From Antedon mediterranea (lineage: Eukaryota > Animalia > Echinodermata): a stretch of DNA of 64,000 nt. Below are positions 12,801-27,800 of this stretch, in pieces (position 1 is the first letter of the stretch; the number at the start of each line of letters is the position of its first letter). Made by a program: the position numbers and the translations under genes. The notes under the pieces were generated by a model. It was not told the DNA's origin and searched no databases. It saw nothing but the letters and a program-made list of their open reading frames with translations. The stretch covers positions 15,314,001 to 15,378,000 of the forward strand of contig NC_092674.1 of the NCBI RefSeq assembly GCF_964355755.1, in the 5' to 3' direction.

Positions 12801-15800
12801 ACTCCTTGTAAATGGAATTGATTAAGATTAAGACTTTCCACGTACAGTGTACACTAAAGTTTAATATTGCCAAATATATGGTACTCTTGAGCAGAACTGT
12901 ATAATAACGACTACTCTTTGGTGCTACCTCCATCTAGACTCAGTGACTATATACCATTAACACTAGTGATATATATTTCCCTTAAATATTAAGTATTTCA
13001 CTTCACTCAATAAATATTTAAGTACCTGTATTTCTACTTCGGGAAACACTTAAAATAAAAAAAACTCGCCTATGGTGAATACAGACATCATAGAACCTAA
13101 ACATACGAGCCAACTATCAGGCAGAGCTATCAGTATGTGGCCTAAATGAATCGGGTTGTTTGGAAGCCCCTAACCCAGTTGTCAGTTTGGAACTTGTTAC
13201 ATGTGTATGTAAACTAAAGAGCCAGATGAAGTTGTTACAGAAAGCATGCATATGTGGTTGCGATTCAATCGTTTGCCGTTACCCAGATGGCCAGTAGGCA
13301 TTATATATCAGTGCTTGAAGAAATACCCACCTCAGAGCGTTACCTCCTTCCATCCCTGAAAAATTTTCGAATATTTGGCATGTGCCCATGCCGCCCATTA
13401 CTCCCCACCCACAAACCCTCTCCGTTTTTAAATGAAATTTAAGACATTCCAGTAGGCCTCCAATTTCGGTTATTTTGATACTCTAGGACTCATCCTCTCC
13501 ATTCCTTGAACACCTTCCAGGAGTGACTCAAAAAGTTTAAAATCTTCCCAGTACAATTCTGGTCTTTTTGACACCACACTATAACCATCAGCCCCAGGCT
13601 ATCATGAAAATTATATTTATTTCAATTATTAATACCGATAATTAACAGGTCTGTGCTCTATTTGACCTTATGACCTTGAAATGACCTTTAAACTTGTAAG
13701 TTGAAAAATTGATGAACTTTACCATCTACAGCAATATGTTAATAATGATCCAATAATGGTTACATTTCTTTTAATTAGCTTATATGTTGTTGAAAACAGC
13801 TTAAACCTCTATTTTACCATATTTGACCTTATAACCTTGAAAATGACCTTTGACCTGAAATTTGAGAGCGGCATCCACCCCTATCTTTTTTGTCATCCCA
13901 TAAGGAATATATTCCACATGGTTGCCTGCTATTAACAGAAAATGCCCCCCATGATGAAAAAGCTCACATTGGCCGCCCTACTATTTTAAACAAACGCCAA
14001 TTTATTTGTTTACTTTTATAATTTATTTATTTTCTAATAATAATGATATTAAATATTATAATTTATAAATCATTCTTGATGAATTACCTTTCACACAAGC
14101 TGTGAATAACTCCCCAGTAAGGCTCAGGAACGGCAAACCATTCGCAGTCGCCAGGTCCAATATTAATATTTACAGAACAAAAGTTGTTATTTTCTTGATG
14201 ACCTAAAGTACATAAATAAAGCAATTAATAGGTAATAATACACTAACCTTGTCTATAATAAATTCAATGTCAATAAAATTAACTTTAAAGAAAAATAATG
14301 TTGATGTTAGAAAGAGGAGGTGAAGGATTTGTAATTATTTATGTAAATTATTATAGAAATAAAAGGTTTCTATAATACCATGGAAGTATTAAAAATTTAC
14401 TTCCTACTTAATAATACATAGTTTTTAAACCTTTTTATTATTAAGAAGGAAGTATTTAAAAATGGTCAACAATGCAATAAAACATAGGAACAATGTATTT
14501 GTAATTCTACACTATAAAAGCACATGATAAACAATAGAAACATGAGGGTACAACATCATGACCAACAAAGAATGTTAATTGTTTCAAACAGACAAAGAGC
14601 TGATGGTTCTGAGCTGAGAATGCTTTGTTATTCTGTGTTTTACATTAGGACAAGTTTAGGCCTCGCAAATTGATTGAATTTGATCAAAAACCTCCAATTT
14701 CATGCTATTTCACTATTTTTCGACTTTAGCAATTTTTCGACTGTATGTTATATTTAGGATGTTTTACGGAGTTTTTCTTTAAAATTAGAATTGTTTGTTG
14801 GATTAAAAAAAAAAATGCAATCGACTAACCTGGTGTTCTACTTCCCGGAACCTTCATGTACAGCTGGACAGTGTTCATACCTAGAATCTGGTAGCCTACA
14901 TGAGATAACATGTTAGCAGCTGACACTATCCGGGTGAACACGGGTAGTTTAGACAACTCATGTAATTGCTTCTTCCACCTGTACAACACACAATTTATTA
15001 AGCATTAAATAGTTACACCAAGTCACTTGCCAAGTTCTTTATGATTCGTGTACATCAACTGGTTTCATTGACTCAACTATGAATTCATTCTGATGTGCAT
15101 AACATTCTTAACATAAAACTCAAATTGTACAAACACAAAACAAACGTCATAATTATGCAAATAAATATTTTAAATATTAAATATAAAGTTCATAATGATG
15201 GCCTAATTCTTTGAAATTTTGATTGATCCTTCAATTTATGAATAAAAAAATTAAAAGCATTCAACAGCATAAACTATACATCATTAAGCAGTTAATATTT
15301 ATTAGAAAGTGTAGGACAATACCCATTATGGATTGTACCATTTTTAGAGAGGAGGGTTGTTCACTTGTCTTTTTATCAATCTCTAAGAGACCAAAATTAC
15401 ATGGTTACTTCCTATTATATACCTTTGAATTTTACTTTATGTAATCTACCTTATATTGTAGGGATTCATAAAAAAACACAAGCCAACACCTAACATTGCT
15501 ATTCAGCCACCACTCTAACAGTCCATTATGGGTGGTTCCCGATTCAGCCACCACTCTAACAGTCCATTATGGGTGGTTCCCACGTTTTTGTCTGATTTGT
15601 TTATACAGTTTGAAATTTTAAAGGAATACATACTTCTTTTCATCTGAAAGATCTACATTTGTGCCAAACTTGAGCATTTTGAATTCCCTCTCAGTAGTTC
15701 TTTTCCTAAGAAAACAAAAGATAGTAATATTAAGTTATGCTGACAACATTCTATCTCTGTTTAGTAGTGTGCATACTGTATTGCCCATCTTTTGCATACA

Positions 15801-18800
15801 AAGCCTGCACATTATATTTACTGGGTGGAGTTGAAAATAGTCATGTTGACAATTATTTTAACTACCAAGTTCACAGTAAAGGAAATATGTAAGAATGATG
15901 AATGTGATGTTAATTAAGCATTCATTTGAAATATTCTTATTCTTTATTGCCATGCAAAAAAATAAGCAGCCACAGTGGCAGGAAACACCAAAAGGAATTA
16001 AATCTCTATGGCTCTAAGAGTCAGTGCTACCCTCTTACTGAGTAGCACATTAAGATAAGATATAACATTTCAATAAACATTAAAAATATATAAATCATTT
16101 TATAAAAACTTGCAGCACCTAAAAGAAAAATGCATAAACTTTACTCAGAGAAGATATTCATTTTAAGTTAAAACAAAAATGTTGGGAAATTATCAATTAT
16201 AAAGAAGTCTGTATGATGAATTTCTTCATGGTCCTGTTTGCTCTGTATATGATTGATGAATATTTGTTACACTGAAGTATAGAATACAAAATGAGAAGTT
16301 GTATGTACCTTTTATTTGAACTTTGGTCAAAATCTGGGTTGTGATAATCTTGCGAATTTCTCTCTGCTTCTTCCTATAAATAGGGTAAAAATACAGGCTT
16401 CAAATTATTTTACACATTCTTATTATAGATTTTGGGTAACATATAGAAAAACATTTAACACAGTACAGTTGTACTACTATCAGTTGTACTACTATCAGTT
16501 GTACTACTATAAGAAAGATTTTAAAGTAATTATTTATTCATTCTGAATTTTAGAAAGATATAATGCCATGTGAATACAAAAGTAACTATTGTGGTCTTTT
16601 CAATAGAGGGCACTGCACAACATCAAGCAATGCTACTCCCAGCCACCAATAACAACTAGTCATTACCAGAAGAGGATCTAATGTGAATAGAGGGCACTGC
16701 ACAACATCAAGCAATGCTACTCCCAGCCACCAATAACAACTAGTCATTACCAGAAGAGGATCTAATGTGAATAGAGGGCACTGCACAACATCAAGCAATG
16801 CTACTCCCAGCCACCAATAACAACTAGTCATTACCAGAAGAGGATCTAATGTGAATAGAGGGCACTGCACAACATCAAGTAATGCTACTCCCAGCCACCA
16901 ATAACAACTAGTCATTACCAGAAGAGGATCTAATGTGAATAGAGGGCACTGCACAACATCAAGCAATGCTACTCCCAGCCACCAATAACAACTAGTCATT
17001 ACCAGAAGAGGATCTAATGTGAATAGATCCAAACTTTGCACGTACCTAATTACTGGTTTATCTTTAAATATGTATACATTTACATTATATAAAACCAGAC
17101 AACATTTTCGAAGATTAATCAATTTAAAATCTATAACATAGATTTTTAGTTCATATCTATATAAGAATTCTTTATATGGTGTTTGAAAGGCTAAAGATAA
17201 TTTTTAACATTATTAGGAAACTTATATAACATTCTATAAATGAGAGTTTATTACTATATGTATAAAACCAACTGCAACTAGATTTAATTCATCGCTATGA
17301 CGAAATTATAGGTTATATGCATTGATTTAAATAAAGACAATTTATTTTTAAAATACATTGCTTGATCAATTTTGTCAGAATCTTTAATTATTTATAATAC
17401 TGTATATGAAGATAGGATCTTGCTAATGCATATACAATAGCCGGTTTCACAATCTGATCAAAGATCCCTCCGCGTATAATGTGATAAACCACCCTTGTTA
17501 CATAATAATAAAGACATAAGTTACTTTTTAAATTTGTCGTTATAAATCATGTGTATAATCTATACAATAAGAAATAAAATTGAACAAACAATATGGACAT
17601 AAAAACAAATCTTTTTTTCATTTCGTCTCCTAAGGTGAGACTCGATATCGGTTCCTTGAATGCCATAGACATGAGCACAGACCACCGAGCCATATACAAT
17701 TGACTAAAAGTTGAAGAAAGATTCCTCTGTGTATTTACTATGCAGTAAGCACTTTGGTGCAGATAGATTATTACATACTGCTATGAATCATAAATAATTT
17801 ATGATGACATCTTTAGAAATTAAAAAAAAAAAGCACAAAATAGTGCTAAGGAAAGAATAAATAAATAAATAAAGATTCTGACAGAATCAATAAGGTTAGG
17901 TTAACCTAATTAAGGAGGGAAAATATGTATTGATCAACAGTACATTATGACATACCCTGAGTGACTCCTGGAATGAAGATGCCTGGTATTGAGCATATTT
18001 TGCAATAGTTGTAAACGATCGATTGCTATTACACTTCCAGACCTTCTTCAGTCCAGCCATATCCCAGTTTTCATCTGGTGGCTGCTGGCGTTGTGTACGT
18101 ACTTCCACGGTATGCTCACTGTTAGCTTCAACCAGTGTCTTGGTAGAGAACAGGCCGAGGTCTAACTTTAAGGCTGCAGCCAGACCTCTGATTACTGTGA
18201 TAGGCTGGTTAGGTTGTAAGCAATGGTGAGCCAGTGCTTCTGAATATGCATCATGCTTTGATTCAATCTGAAATATGCATTATTATACAAATGACAAAGT
18301 ACGTATATACCGAATTCCTTTTCCTGTAAATAGGACAGTATGCTCGGCTACAAAAAAGACATTTTTCTTGAGCGGTACTACAATTACCTAAATAAAATTT
18401 ATGAGTGCCAGAATGCAATGTAAATGCACAAATGGTTCTTTTACTGTTTTAGGTAATTTGAAGCAAAGTCATTGATCTTCTGTCAACACTTTAAATTATA
18501 GTAATGAGATGACTCATTTGGGAGGGGAAATTAAACATTATGAGACAGTGAAAAAAAAATACAACCAAATATACTTACAAAAACACTAGGTGTTGGTGGA
18601 TTAAGTTGATCTTTGGGTAAAGGAGGATACGGATTTGGTGGTGGGGTTGGTGGTGGTAGCTTATCAAGATAATAATTGGAACATCGAATGCCATTCTTAT
18701 TGCGACAAGATTCTATTATAGCTGCAGCACAGCTGTAGACTTTATTTGATGAATGCGAGTTGTCAATACTTGGATTACTTGTCTTGATGACCTAATATAG

Positions 18801-21800
18801 AACACTCATGGTTACTTTCTTGGTTTAATATTTGAATACAAGACAAAATAATAAATTAGACTAAAGTGATAAGTTAGTGTTTATGGAGACATAATCTTCA
18901 AGAAGTAATTAAAAAATGTTGAATAAAACCACACACACATTGAAACCTAGGCATACGTTTTTTTTTACCTTATCATGAGCAATATTTCCATTAATGTGAC
19001 CATCAACTGGAGCTGTTCCTGCCTCACTACGAGGAGACTTGGCTTCATTACTACGTGGCGTGCTTACATTTTCAACTGGTTCCCTCTGGGTTGGCGACAC
19101 AAGATTTGATATTGTTCTAGGCGAGTGAATCAGAGAGTGCTGTGTAGGAGATGTCCCAACTTGCGGGGTACTGTTCAATAAACTTTTCTCCACATTTGTC
19201 TGATTCTGTAACATAGAATCCTCACTTATCCGTCTTGCATCTGGACCAGCCTGAGAAGCAAGTTTCTCTGCCCTAATTGTAGTACTGTAAGGGTTGTCTG
19301 ACAAAATTTGTGCCGATGGACTTTGGCCAACGGATGATGCAGCATGTGTTTGTACAGGACTCATTGCACCGCTTAATTCCTCTCCTTGAGTTAGTGATGC
19401 AAGCATACTATCTGCTATTTCCTGTGGGGATAACTTAGTTCTAATTTCACCTTCAGATTTGGACTTGAATTCTGCTAGTTTCTGAGAAATATCTGGACTA
19501 GGTGGTGCTATTACATTAGGTGCAGGATGCTGATGTGGGCTCTGAAGGCTCATTGTTCCTGCTAAAGACATCGGGTTTTGAGTATGTGATGACGGACTGT
19601 TCATTGTTGCTTTTGGTGACACCACAGATCCCTGTTCAACAGATGTTGGTGAAAACACAACTTTTTGAGGTAGGTCTACTTTTGAATCTGGGAATGACAG
19701 AGCATCACTGTGCATGCCAATGGCAAGCACTGGACCAGAAGTTGATGAAGGCACAAGTCCATGCCCATTAGGTAACATTGTTTTTTGTATCGATTCACTG
19801 GACACAACTCTCCCACTAGGCAATGACGTCGTCATTATTGCAGGGTTTCCTGTCTGCAAGTTGGTGGTTGTATTCGTTTGCTGAATATTGCTCAAATTAA
19901 CTGAATTTGGTTGTTGCACATTCAATCCACCTGCTATACCATCAGATTGCTGTATTTTTAGCATCTGTAAACGACAACAATTGTAAAGAATGAAAGAAAA
20001 AAATGTTATAAATAGCTTAAATGTTTCTCATGTGAAAAACAACTTTTTAAACAAATTAAATCATGTTATCTAATAGTGTAATTGGTGTAACAAGGTTAAT
20101 TTCTAAATGATTCATCAATATGACACATCTACAACAAGGTATTCACTCCTTACATAACATATTCAAGTTTACACAAGAAATCTTTCTTTTTCAACATTTA
20201 AAACTTTTTTCAGAAAAACATTGAACTAAAGCAAGACATTAACTTTAGTAGTAGAATGACATTAGTAGTGGAATTTTTGGTTAATGTTATTTAAATGTGT
20301 CAAATTAACACAAGCCCATAATACAAATAAAAACAAAATGTATAGTATTTTGAGAAAAAAAATTAGCGAAAATATGCACGCAATTACAATATTCCATTTC
20401 AAGGGCCGTCGGGTGCATCTATATTCACAACATACACGAGCAGATGCCTCGTGATAGATGTCAATGAATGAACGGCCAGGGAACACACGCGAATCGTTGA
20501 CACTAATACCAATTTATTAAATATCTGTTGAAATATAGTGCCCTACAAAATGTACTTTTGTCCGGCCATCGGTCCAGCAACCATGTGAGGCATGCTTTCA
20601 AGCACAGCCAAAGCGATATCAGTCGGCCCTCAGGAGAACGTTCAGCTGTTCAACCCCGGTGTTTTGAACCTCGGAGTTGTTTGATTTTACCTTTGACACC
20701 AAAACACCGAGGCGTCAACTCCAGAGTGTCTCAGGAGTTTTGCTTTTGAAAGCTTATAAAGTATAATTTGAAAAATGCACATACGGTTTAGACTGAAAAT
20801 AAAAAAGGTACCTGTTGTTGATGCTGCTGCATTAGCCAGAATGCCTGTTGCAGTTGATTTAATATGGCTTGTTGCTCTGGAGAGAGTGAGGCTTGATTCT
20901 GCTGTAGTGCATTCATCACTTGTATCTGATGGGGTGTAAGATAAGTTGGTGGTGGCCTCTGTTGGAGTTGCTGTTGTTGCTGCTGCTGCTGTTGCTGCTG
21001 CTGCTCCAAGAGTTCCGCTACAGAGGTCGAGTTCTAGTGCAAATAAGTAAAATATAAAGTTACTTATTTAATATCAATTAAATAGCATAAATACTAATTT
21101 ATATTCAAATATTTGTTTACCCCATTGTCTGCTTACGGCATGTGTGACTGATAAGGTTCAACATTTTGTAGAGGGCCTTTCACCTTTCTTGCCAATTATT
21201 ATATAAAATTCATTAAATTTAAATTAGATTTCAGTTTTTCTATATTTAGTATAGAAATTGTATTGGGCGGTCCTTATGTAACCTCCACATCCAACAAATA
21301 CCCAATATTGAACGATAAAAAAGTTTCTTCATTAGGCAGATATTTTTTAATAGGAGATTTGCACATGGGGCTGCAACAGCCTTGTAAAACAACACATCAT
21401 TTTGCGCAGGAAAAGCTTTTTATCTGTTAGATGTTCACAGAAATATCATTTTAGAATATAAATACCTTGGTTTTCTTTTTTTGACGTTTAGCAGGATTGC
21501 CTTGTTGGGACTGAGCTGGGTTCTTGCCATTGTTTGTTGGTTGAGCATTAGAAGTATTGCAGCTAGGGTTGTTAGGCATGGGAAATTGGTTACCAAGGAC
21601 GCCTGGATATGGCGGAGGAGGAGTTGATTTTGAAACCATTTGCTGGTGTAGAAGCCTTGCCTGAAGCAGAAATAAATATTTATACTAGTACTTTCTAAAT
21701 ATAATACCAAAAATAAACAATAAAAATAGAGATGAATATTACTAGGTTATTGAAAATGTCCTAATCTAATTTTCAAACATTATTAGGTATTCTTTCTCTC

Positions 21801-24800
21801 ATCAATGCACATCCAACATTTATACAACATTTTTCAACAAATGATCAAATATCTTTAAGGTTACATCAATCATCAATAACGTTGTTCAGATAAGATGGAA
21901 GTAAGGTTTAAACTTTGGGTAGTGCCGGTCAAGATGCTTTTTGTAATAATTTAACTATTTTAATAAAAGAATAATTTACCCCAAAGAATGCCAATAAGTA
22001 AGGTGTTATTTCCTGGTATTATGCCATGTAGTAGGTATCCCAATGTAAAAATTCAAATTAATGATGGTACTTTTTCTTTCAGTTAATCAGAAGGAACTTA
22101 CTGAACATAAACTTTTGCAATTTAAATGATTGAAATCGGATTATCCATTCAAAAGTTATGGTCCGTTAAAGTGCCCAAAAAACAGTGATTTTTGCTTGAA
22201 AAATGGCACTTTTTCTAATTATATTTGAACCCATTTTTGAAGGGTTATAACTTTTATACTAATAATTTTAAAGTTCTTATTTTTTCCAAACCCATAGATA
22301 CAACAGAGTTGTACAAGAAAAAATTTTTTTTGGGTGTCCTCCACATTTTTTTTTTTAGATATCGCCCTACAAAATTCGTCCGAGGGCTTTTTACGCGTGA
22401 TTTTCCCAATGTCTCAAAAATGCCCAAAAAGTTCCTGTCTTTAAATGATTCATAACTTTTGAACCAATGTGTGAATTAACTTCTTTTTTTTTGCATTGCA
22501 TAAAATGTAATATGTATTTTAGTAAGGTTATTTATATTGACAGGTAGGTAATTCTGAAATACAACATAAAATATTGTTAAAAAATGTTAAAATGTGAAAA
22601 AAAAAAATATTGCGTTAAAAAACTGTGTGGGTATTGTTTCTTTTCATTAAATATTATTTTTCGTAAGTATACATTTTTTTAATAATTCTAGTATTTAAAG
22701 TTATATTTATAATCATATATTATTTAAATTGATTTTCGAACCGCCAAAAATAAGAATTAAGCCCGTGCTTATTATGTGTTCGATTCCATTTGGAGCGCCG
22801 GGCCGAACGTACACTCGGCCGCGCCTACACAAGTTAAGATAGGCCCCTAGCTAGCAAGGTCTAAATAAAAGCCTGACGCTAAATTCTGCCTAAGAAATAT
22901 CGGGAAGAAATTTTTTATTTAACAAAGTAATTACCTCAATGGTATAATTGTAGCATGTTTAATTTTATTTCCCTTTCGATTATTCTAACCGAAAGTTGCA
23001 CTTTGAATTGAAATATACGGAATAAAATTTAGGCCTAGAAACAGCGTAGACATACAACGGCAACACAGGCCAAAGCGCGTTTCGGCCGCCTACATACAAT
23101 GGCTTACGGCCGCTGCATAGCAAAATCAAAGCTTCTTAAATTTCTTCGGTACATTTCTTCCTAACGTACTTGCTTTATATAGTAGATTTATAAATATTCC
23201 ACTTATTAAATAATTTAATAAATCGGTAAAATTGACGTTTCGAAGCAAATATTCCATGAGAGGCGACATTTTTCGACATGCCTCGTGTGCGGCGAAGACT
23301 AGTTCAGAAAATGGAACAGTCCACTGCAGGGGTTATCCAATCATTAATTAACGCGCTAATACATGCATACCATGCACATTGTGTGGGCGACGATAATTTA
23401 GTAATAAGCGGAGAACTGAATCCCCCCCGTAAGGAAAATGGTAAACACTGATATTTATGGTAGGGATTATTTTTTTCAGTGGTTGGTCTTGTTGGCCTCT
23501 TCGCACGAGGTCCACGCAAAGTCAAATAAAACGATGTGGTTTATCAAACAGAAATATAAATTAGCTTCAATTCAATACTAAATTAGCCAGATTTTGATAA
23601 TGAGAAAGACTAAAAAATTCAATTTTTATCGTTAAAATTGACATTTGAGGCGGATGTACATAATAATAATAACCGATTTACATATCAAAATAAAGAGTAT
23701 TTAAAGCCTGATAACATACAACAAAAATTACTCCACCACCTATTATGGACCTCGTGCGATCGTGTTTTGAAAATGGGTAGGTGTTTTCCAAAGTTATTTT
23801 TAGCGCGCGGATTTCGGCTCGCCGGCTTTTGTACCTCATTTTTAACTCGCGTTTTCTATTAAAATATTTAATAAACATAGATTAAAAGTATATGAAAATA
23901 ATCCCTTAAACAAGATCTTTCCAGACATATAATTTTTATTCACATGTGTATATCAGAAATAGTATATTTTTAACTTCAAAGACACGTCACTTTTTGAAAT
24001 TTCACGAACGTGTTAAAATCGCGGTAACGAAAATCCGCTTCATTGGGATACCTACATGTAGATGCTGTTACTTTCGAGCAAACCATTATTTTAAAGCCAT
24101 TTACTGATAATTTTCATGTACCTACTTAGTATAATGCAATTTACAAAAGAAAATAACTAATTTAAACATACCTGTTGAATAGAATTCATAACTCCTTGAC
24201 GTGAGGTGAGTTCAGCAGGGATAGGCAGGTTCCACGCTTCTTCTATGGTGGGTAGAGTTTTATTTCTGAAAACAAAAATAGAATCAGTTAAAATTAAACA
24301 TTCAACCAACAAGACCAATAATTATGCAATAGTTTAGCTTGGTAGATGGATGGATTTGTTTGTTAAAATCAAAGACCCCTATCACAGATTGAATCATTTG
24401 TTGCAAGGGATTTCTTCTACTCACGTTGTGGGTTCGGTGTTTGAATCTATTTACATTTCAAATCTTTTATATAATATAGTTAGGTTATAATATTTTCCAC
24501 CACACCTTACCCTGAAGATGCCAGGCAAAAATAAAATAAATTTAAATCATTAATAAGTGTATAATTAGACAATTATTATGTAAAGTGATCCCAAAAAAAT
24601 ATTCCAAAATAAAATCAGGTTGGTCAAAAGTTCCTGTACAAGTTTGTATAAAGAAAAATCATTATTGTGGTGTTTGCTAGAGATAAAACCTCCAATTAAA
24701 TAAGAGATACATTATTGATTTCAATGATGTTGAATAGTTGCAAATTAGGATAACTTACTTAGCTTGCATGTGTTGAGGTGGAAGTGTAGCCATTTGAGCT

Positions 24801-27800
24801 TGAAGTAATTTAACTCTTGCAGTTAATGCAGATCCCACTCCTGTTTTATTTGTTTTGCTGGCGTTAGAATAACACACTAAAGCGTCCCTATAAAATAATT
24901 TACAATTTCTAAACAATCATTTCATTACAGTATATAAGTTTAGTATGATACATTGATTGAAGTATCATATACTTAATTAAAAAATAATGGAAAGGTTAAC
25001 TTATATAGTCTCAAACAAACTACAGTATGTGGACAAAACATGCCCCTTCAATGTCATATTCATTGTAGATAAAACAGTGCAAATTCATATAATAAAGAAA
25101 CTAGCAGTACACTGGGGAAAATATTTGCAGATAAAAACAAGTTTCACTATCTTCAAAATCATGATCAATGTGAACATTGTTAATTTTGTCCATAGCTCTG
25201 GTGGTAGAACAAGTCTTCTTTCATAAGAAGTCTTCTTTCATAAGGACTAACCATTTTCACATTGATCATGATTTTGACCACTGCATGTTCTGACTACATT
25301 TATACATATTGCCTTATTGGTTGGCTAATAGATAAAAGTCAGTACAGTAAATAATTAAATTATTGAAATAGTGCATATAGCAGTTAATAACGCAAATACA
25401 AAATGTATAATTAATTGGATTTAGAGCAAGTGATGAATCCCAGAATAATCAAAATAAAATGTAACCTACTGTACAATGTTGCTAGTGAGGAATATCCCAA
25501 ATTCTACATCCCTACTGAATTATAGTACAAGGATATCGATCCAACTACTCAGTAATTTGTTTACTATTTATTTCTTAGCAAGGATCCAATCCTTTTCCAA
25601 TCTACTGTAATCCATAAGCATGAAAGTAATTTGTTTCTTTTCAATCATAAAATGAACACAATTAAGAATTCCATAAAGTTAATTTGCATTACAAAACATA
25701 GATTATAGGGTATGGATCAAGGTTGGTTAAATTCCAAATTGGAAGTTCATTGTGGTTTTTCAAGAAAGAAAATCTTTTTTTGTCTTCCTTTGATTTTAAA
25801 AATAAGTAGAATTAAACCGCTAACTTTCACCCTGGTAATTTCAATATCTTACTATGCACCTACTGTATCCAAATATTATTTTTTTCTCTGTCATGTTTTG
25901 CTTCGTTGCTCAAAATATGAAGAACCATTCAAGTTTGCGGTACACCGCGTATATTAGTTCTGAAAAGAACTGTTGAGTTTCTTGATGTTTCAATCAATGT
26001 ACTTTGATCGTTCTCAGGAGTCGATCAAAGTACTTTGATCAAAACGTCAAGAAACTCAACAGTTCTTTATATCAACCTTTGATTCCGCAATACATTTAAT
26101 TAAAAAAATGTTCATATTGTTTTGCCATTCAAGAGTCTGTAAAGCTAAGCTTATGCCGACTCGGAAGCAACTCAACTGTGTTAACATAAATGCTCCAAGC
26201 AACTGAACGCCACTGACAGGCGCACAAAAATATCGACACAAGCTTCTAGTTTCTTTCAGTTGCCGATCTACTTTTTTCGGAACTGAAAAGATACTGAGCG
26301 CAACTGAAAACTGCATCATGTGTGCAGTAAGGGCAAGCAACAGTGACCAGTAGCGATCAGTTTAATGTTTCCATATAAGGGCTCTTGCATACCGCTTCCT
26401 ATAAAACTATGAATCGCAACGTGCCCGCGTTATGGCAACTAGTAACAAGCAGTGTTGACATAATCGCTTGCTAACTGGTTTTGTTCAGTTCTGTTGCTTG
26501 AAAATTTGACATAAATTCTCTTGCGCAAATAGTTCGTTTCAGTTGAGATTAGCTGTGTTCCATGGCTTACCGTAAGAGGTGAAATATAAGTTTCAGTTAA
26601 CTTACCTTGGTTGAGAGCAAGCTTCATACAATATTCCAAGATCAGTCCAGGCTGCCGTATGGGATTTGTCTAATTGCACTGCACAAATGTAAGCTTGGAG
26701 AGCATCCATAGGCTGATTTTGTTGCTGGTAAAGTACCCTGTACAAGTAATAAATTAAATAATGAAATTACAATATACCTTTATTTGTTGAACTCTTTGAA
26801 GACAATATTTTTATTTATTTTAATTAATAATTTGTGTATTCATGAAGTACAAATTATTACATTAGGTGTACTACACAGATGGTAGTATGCTTAAAACCCG
26901 TTCACTGCTTATGCCGAAATGTCATTGAACTGCATGTAATACATAAAAATCGGAACTTTATACTCTGCCCTCTATAGTGTTATTTTTACTGTTAAACGTT
27001 TAGTTGAAAAATAATGATGAAAATAATTCAAATTTTAGTAGTAGTTTTATTCATTTTATGTATCTTTATCAAAAAAACATGTTGACCAACCATTTTTCAA
27101 ACCCACACATTCCCCCCCCCCATTTTTTGTTGTAGTTTTTAGATATTTTTCAAAGACACTTTTCCTACAATTGTTGACGTTTTGTAAATATAATGCATAT
27201 TACTTTCACCAGGTCATTCCTTGTCGTTTTATGGTTAATTAAAAAGAGAAAAACAATGCACTACCTATCCCTCTCTAGCTAGGCTTTTTTGTAGGCCTAG
27301 CTGGTAAACAGCAGTAACATACAAACAACGCTAGCTATAGGCCTAGCCTGACAATGTCTAGTTGCTGTATTTATTGTCTTTCATTTTTTTTAACAGAATA
27401 CATTAATACAAATTGGAGAAGATCTGGTGTTTTCGCTGAAAAGTTAAGGTTCTTTGTTTTGACTTTGAGATAAAAAAATATCAATCCGCGCGCAATACAT
27501 GCTGGTATTTATAGCGGACCACTTAAATTATTAAAATCAACGTTTATTTCACATTTTCAACCATTTAAAAATTAAAAAAATGATCGCAATAAGCCCATAG
27601 TAGTTAAATTTACATAAAATGCAGTTTGAAAACTTAAGTTAGATAGAAAAAAATGGGAATGTGGCTTTACTTGATTTGAAAATTACCATTTTCTATAAAA
27701 AAATTAGACATCCCAGAAAAAGTTGGTTTTTGTAAAATGAATGTAGTTTGGTTCGTGGCAGGTTTGAGACAGGTGATCTGAGATTGGATGAATGTAGTTT

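Larger units (their letters stand above)
10080..13983. mobile_element. Academ-like non-autonomous element with long imperfect TIRs and nested cargo
   Basis: ttt|tagtagagaggccaa .. ttggccgccctacta|ttt; the TIR match continues (gggggcatttt..taatagcaggcaaccatg..gataggggtggatgcc). TAG termini with a 3-bp TSD fit Academ. Confidence 0.7.

Noticed and set aside
16586-17122. 178-aa repetitive ORF
   Set aside because: Translation of the 84-bp minisatellite; the flanking KDM6A exons join in phase without it
18023-19771. Plus-strand ORFs 18023..18229 and 19520..19771
   Set aside because: Antisense shadows of KDM6A exons
20280-20752. CpG-containing island in a short intron
   Set aside because: Probably a transposon fragment, but I could not define termini, TSD or a paralogue
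23304-23878. Short ORFs also seen at 62690-62986
   Set aside because: Similar only because both lie in copies of the same non-autonomous element; frames differ and no transposase motifs are present
24508-24535. CTGAAGA-tgcc-a-ggc hammerhead-like motif
   Set aside because: GAAAC and the cleavage-site half are missing and the stem II loop is impossibly short; at most a decayed remnant
26146-26570. Possible Harbinger-like MITE with aactga/tcagtt repeats
   Set aside because: Termini too degenerate to delimit
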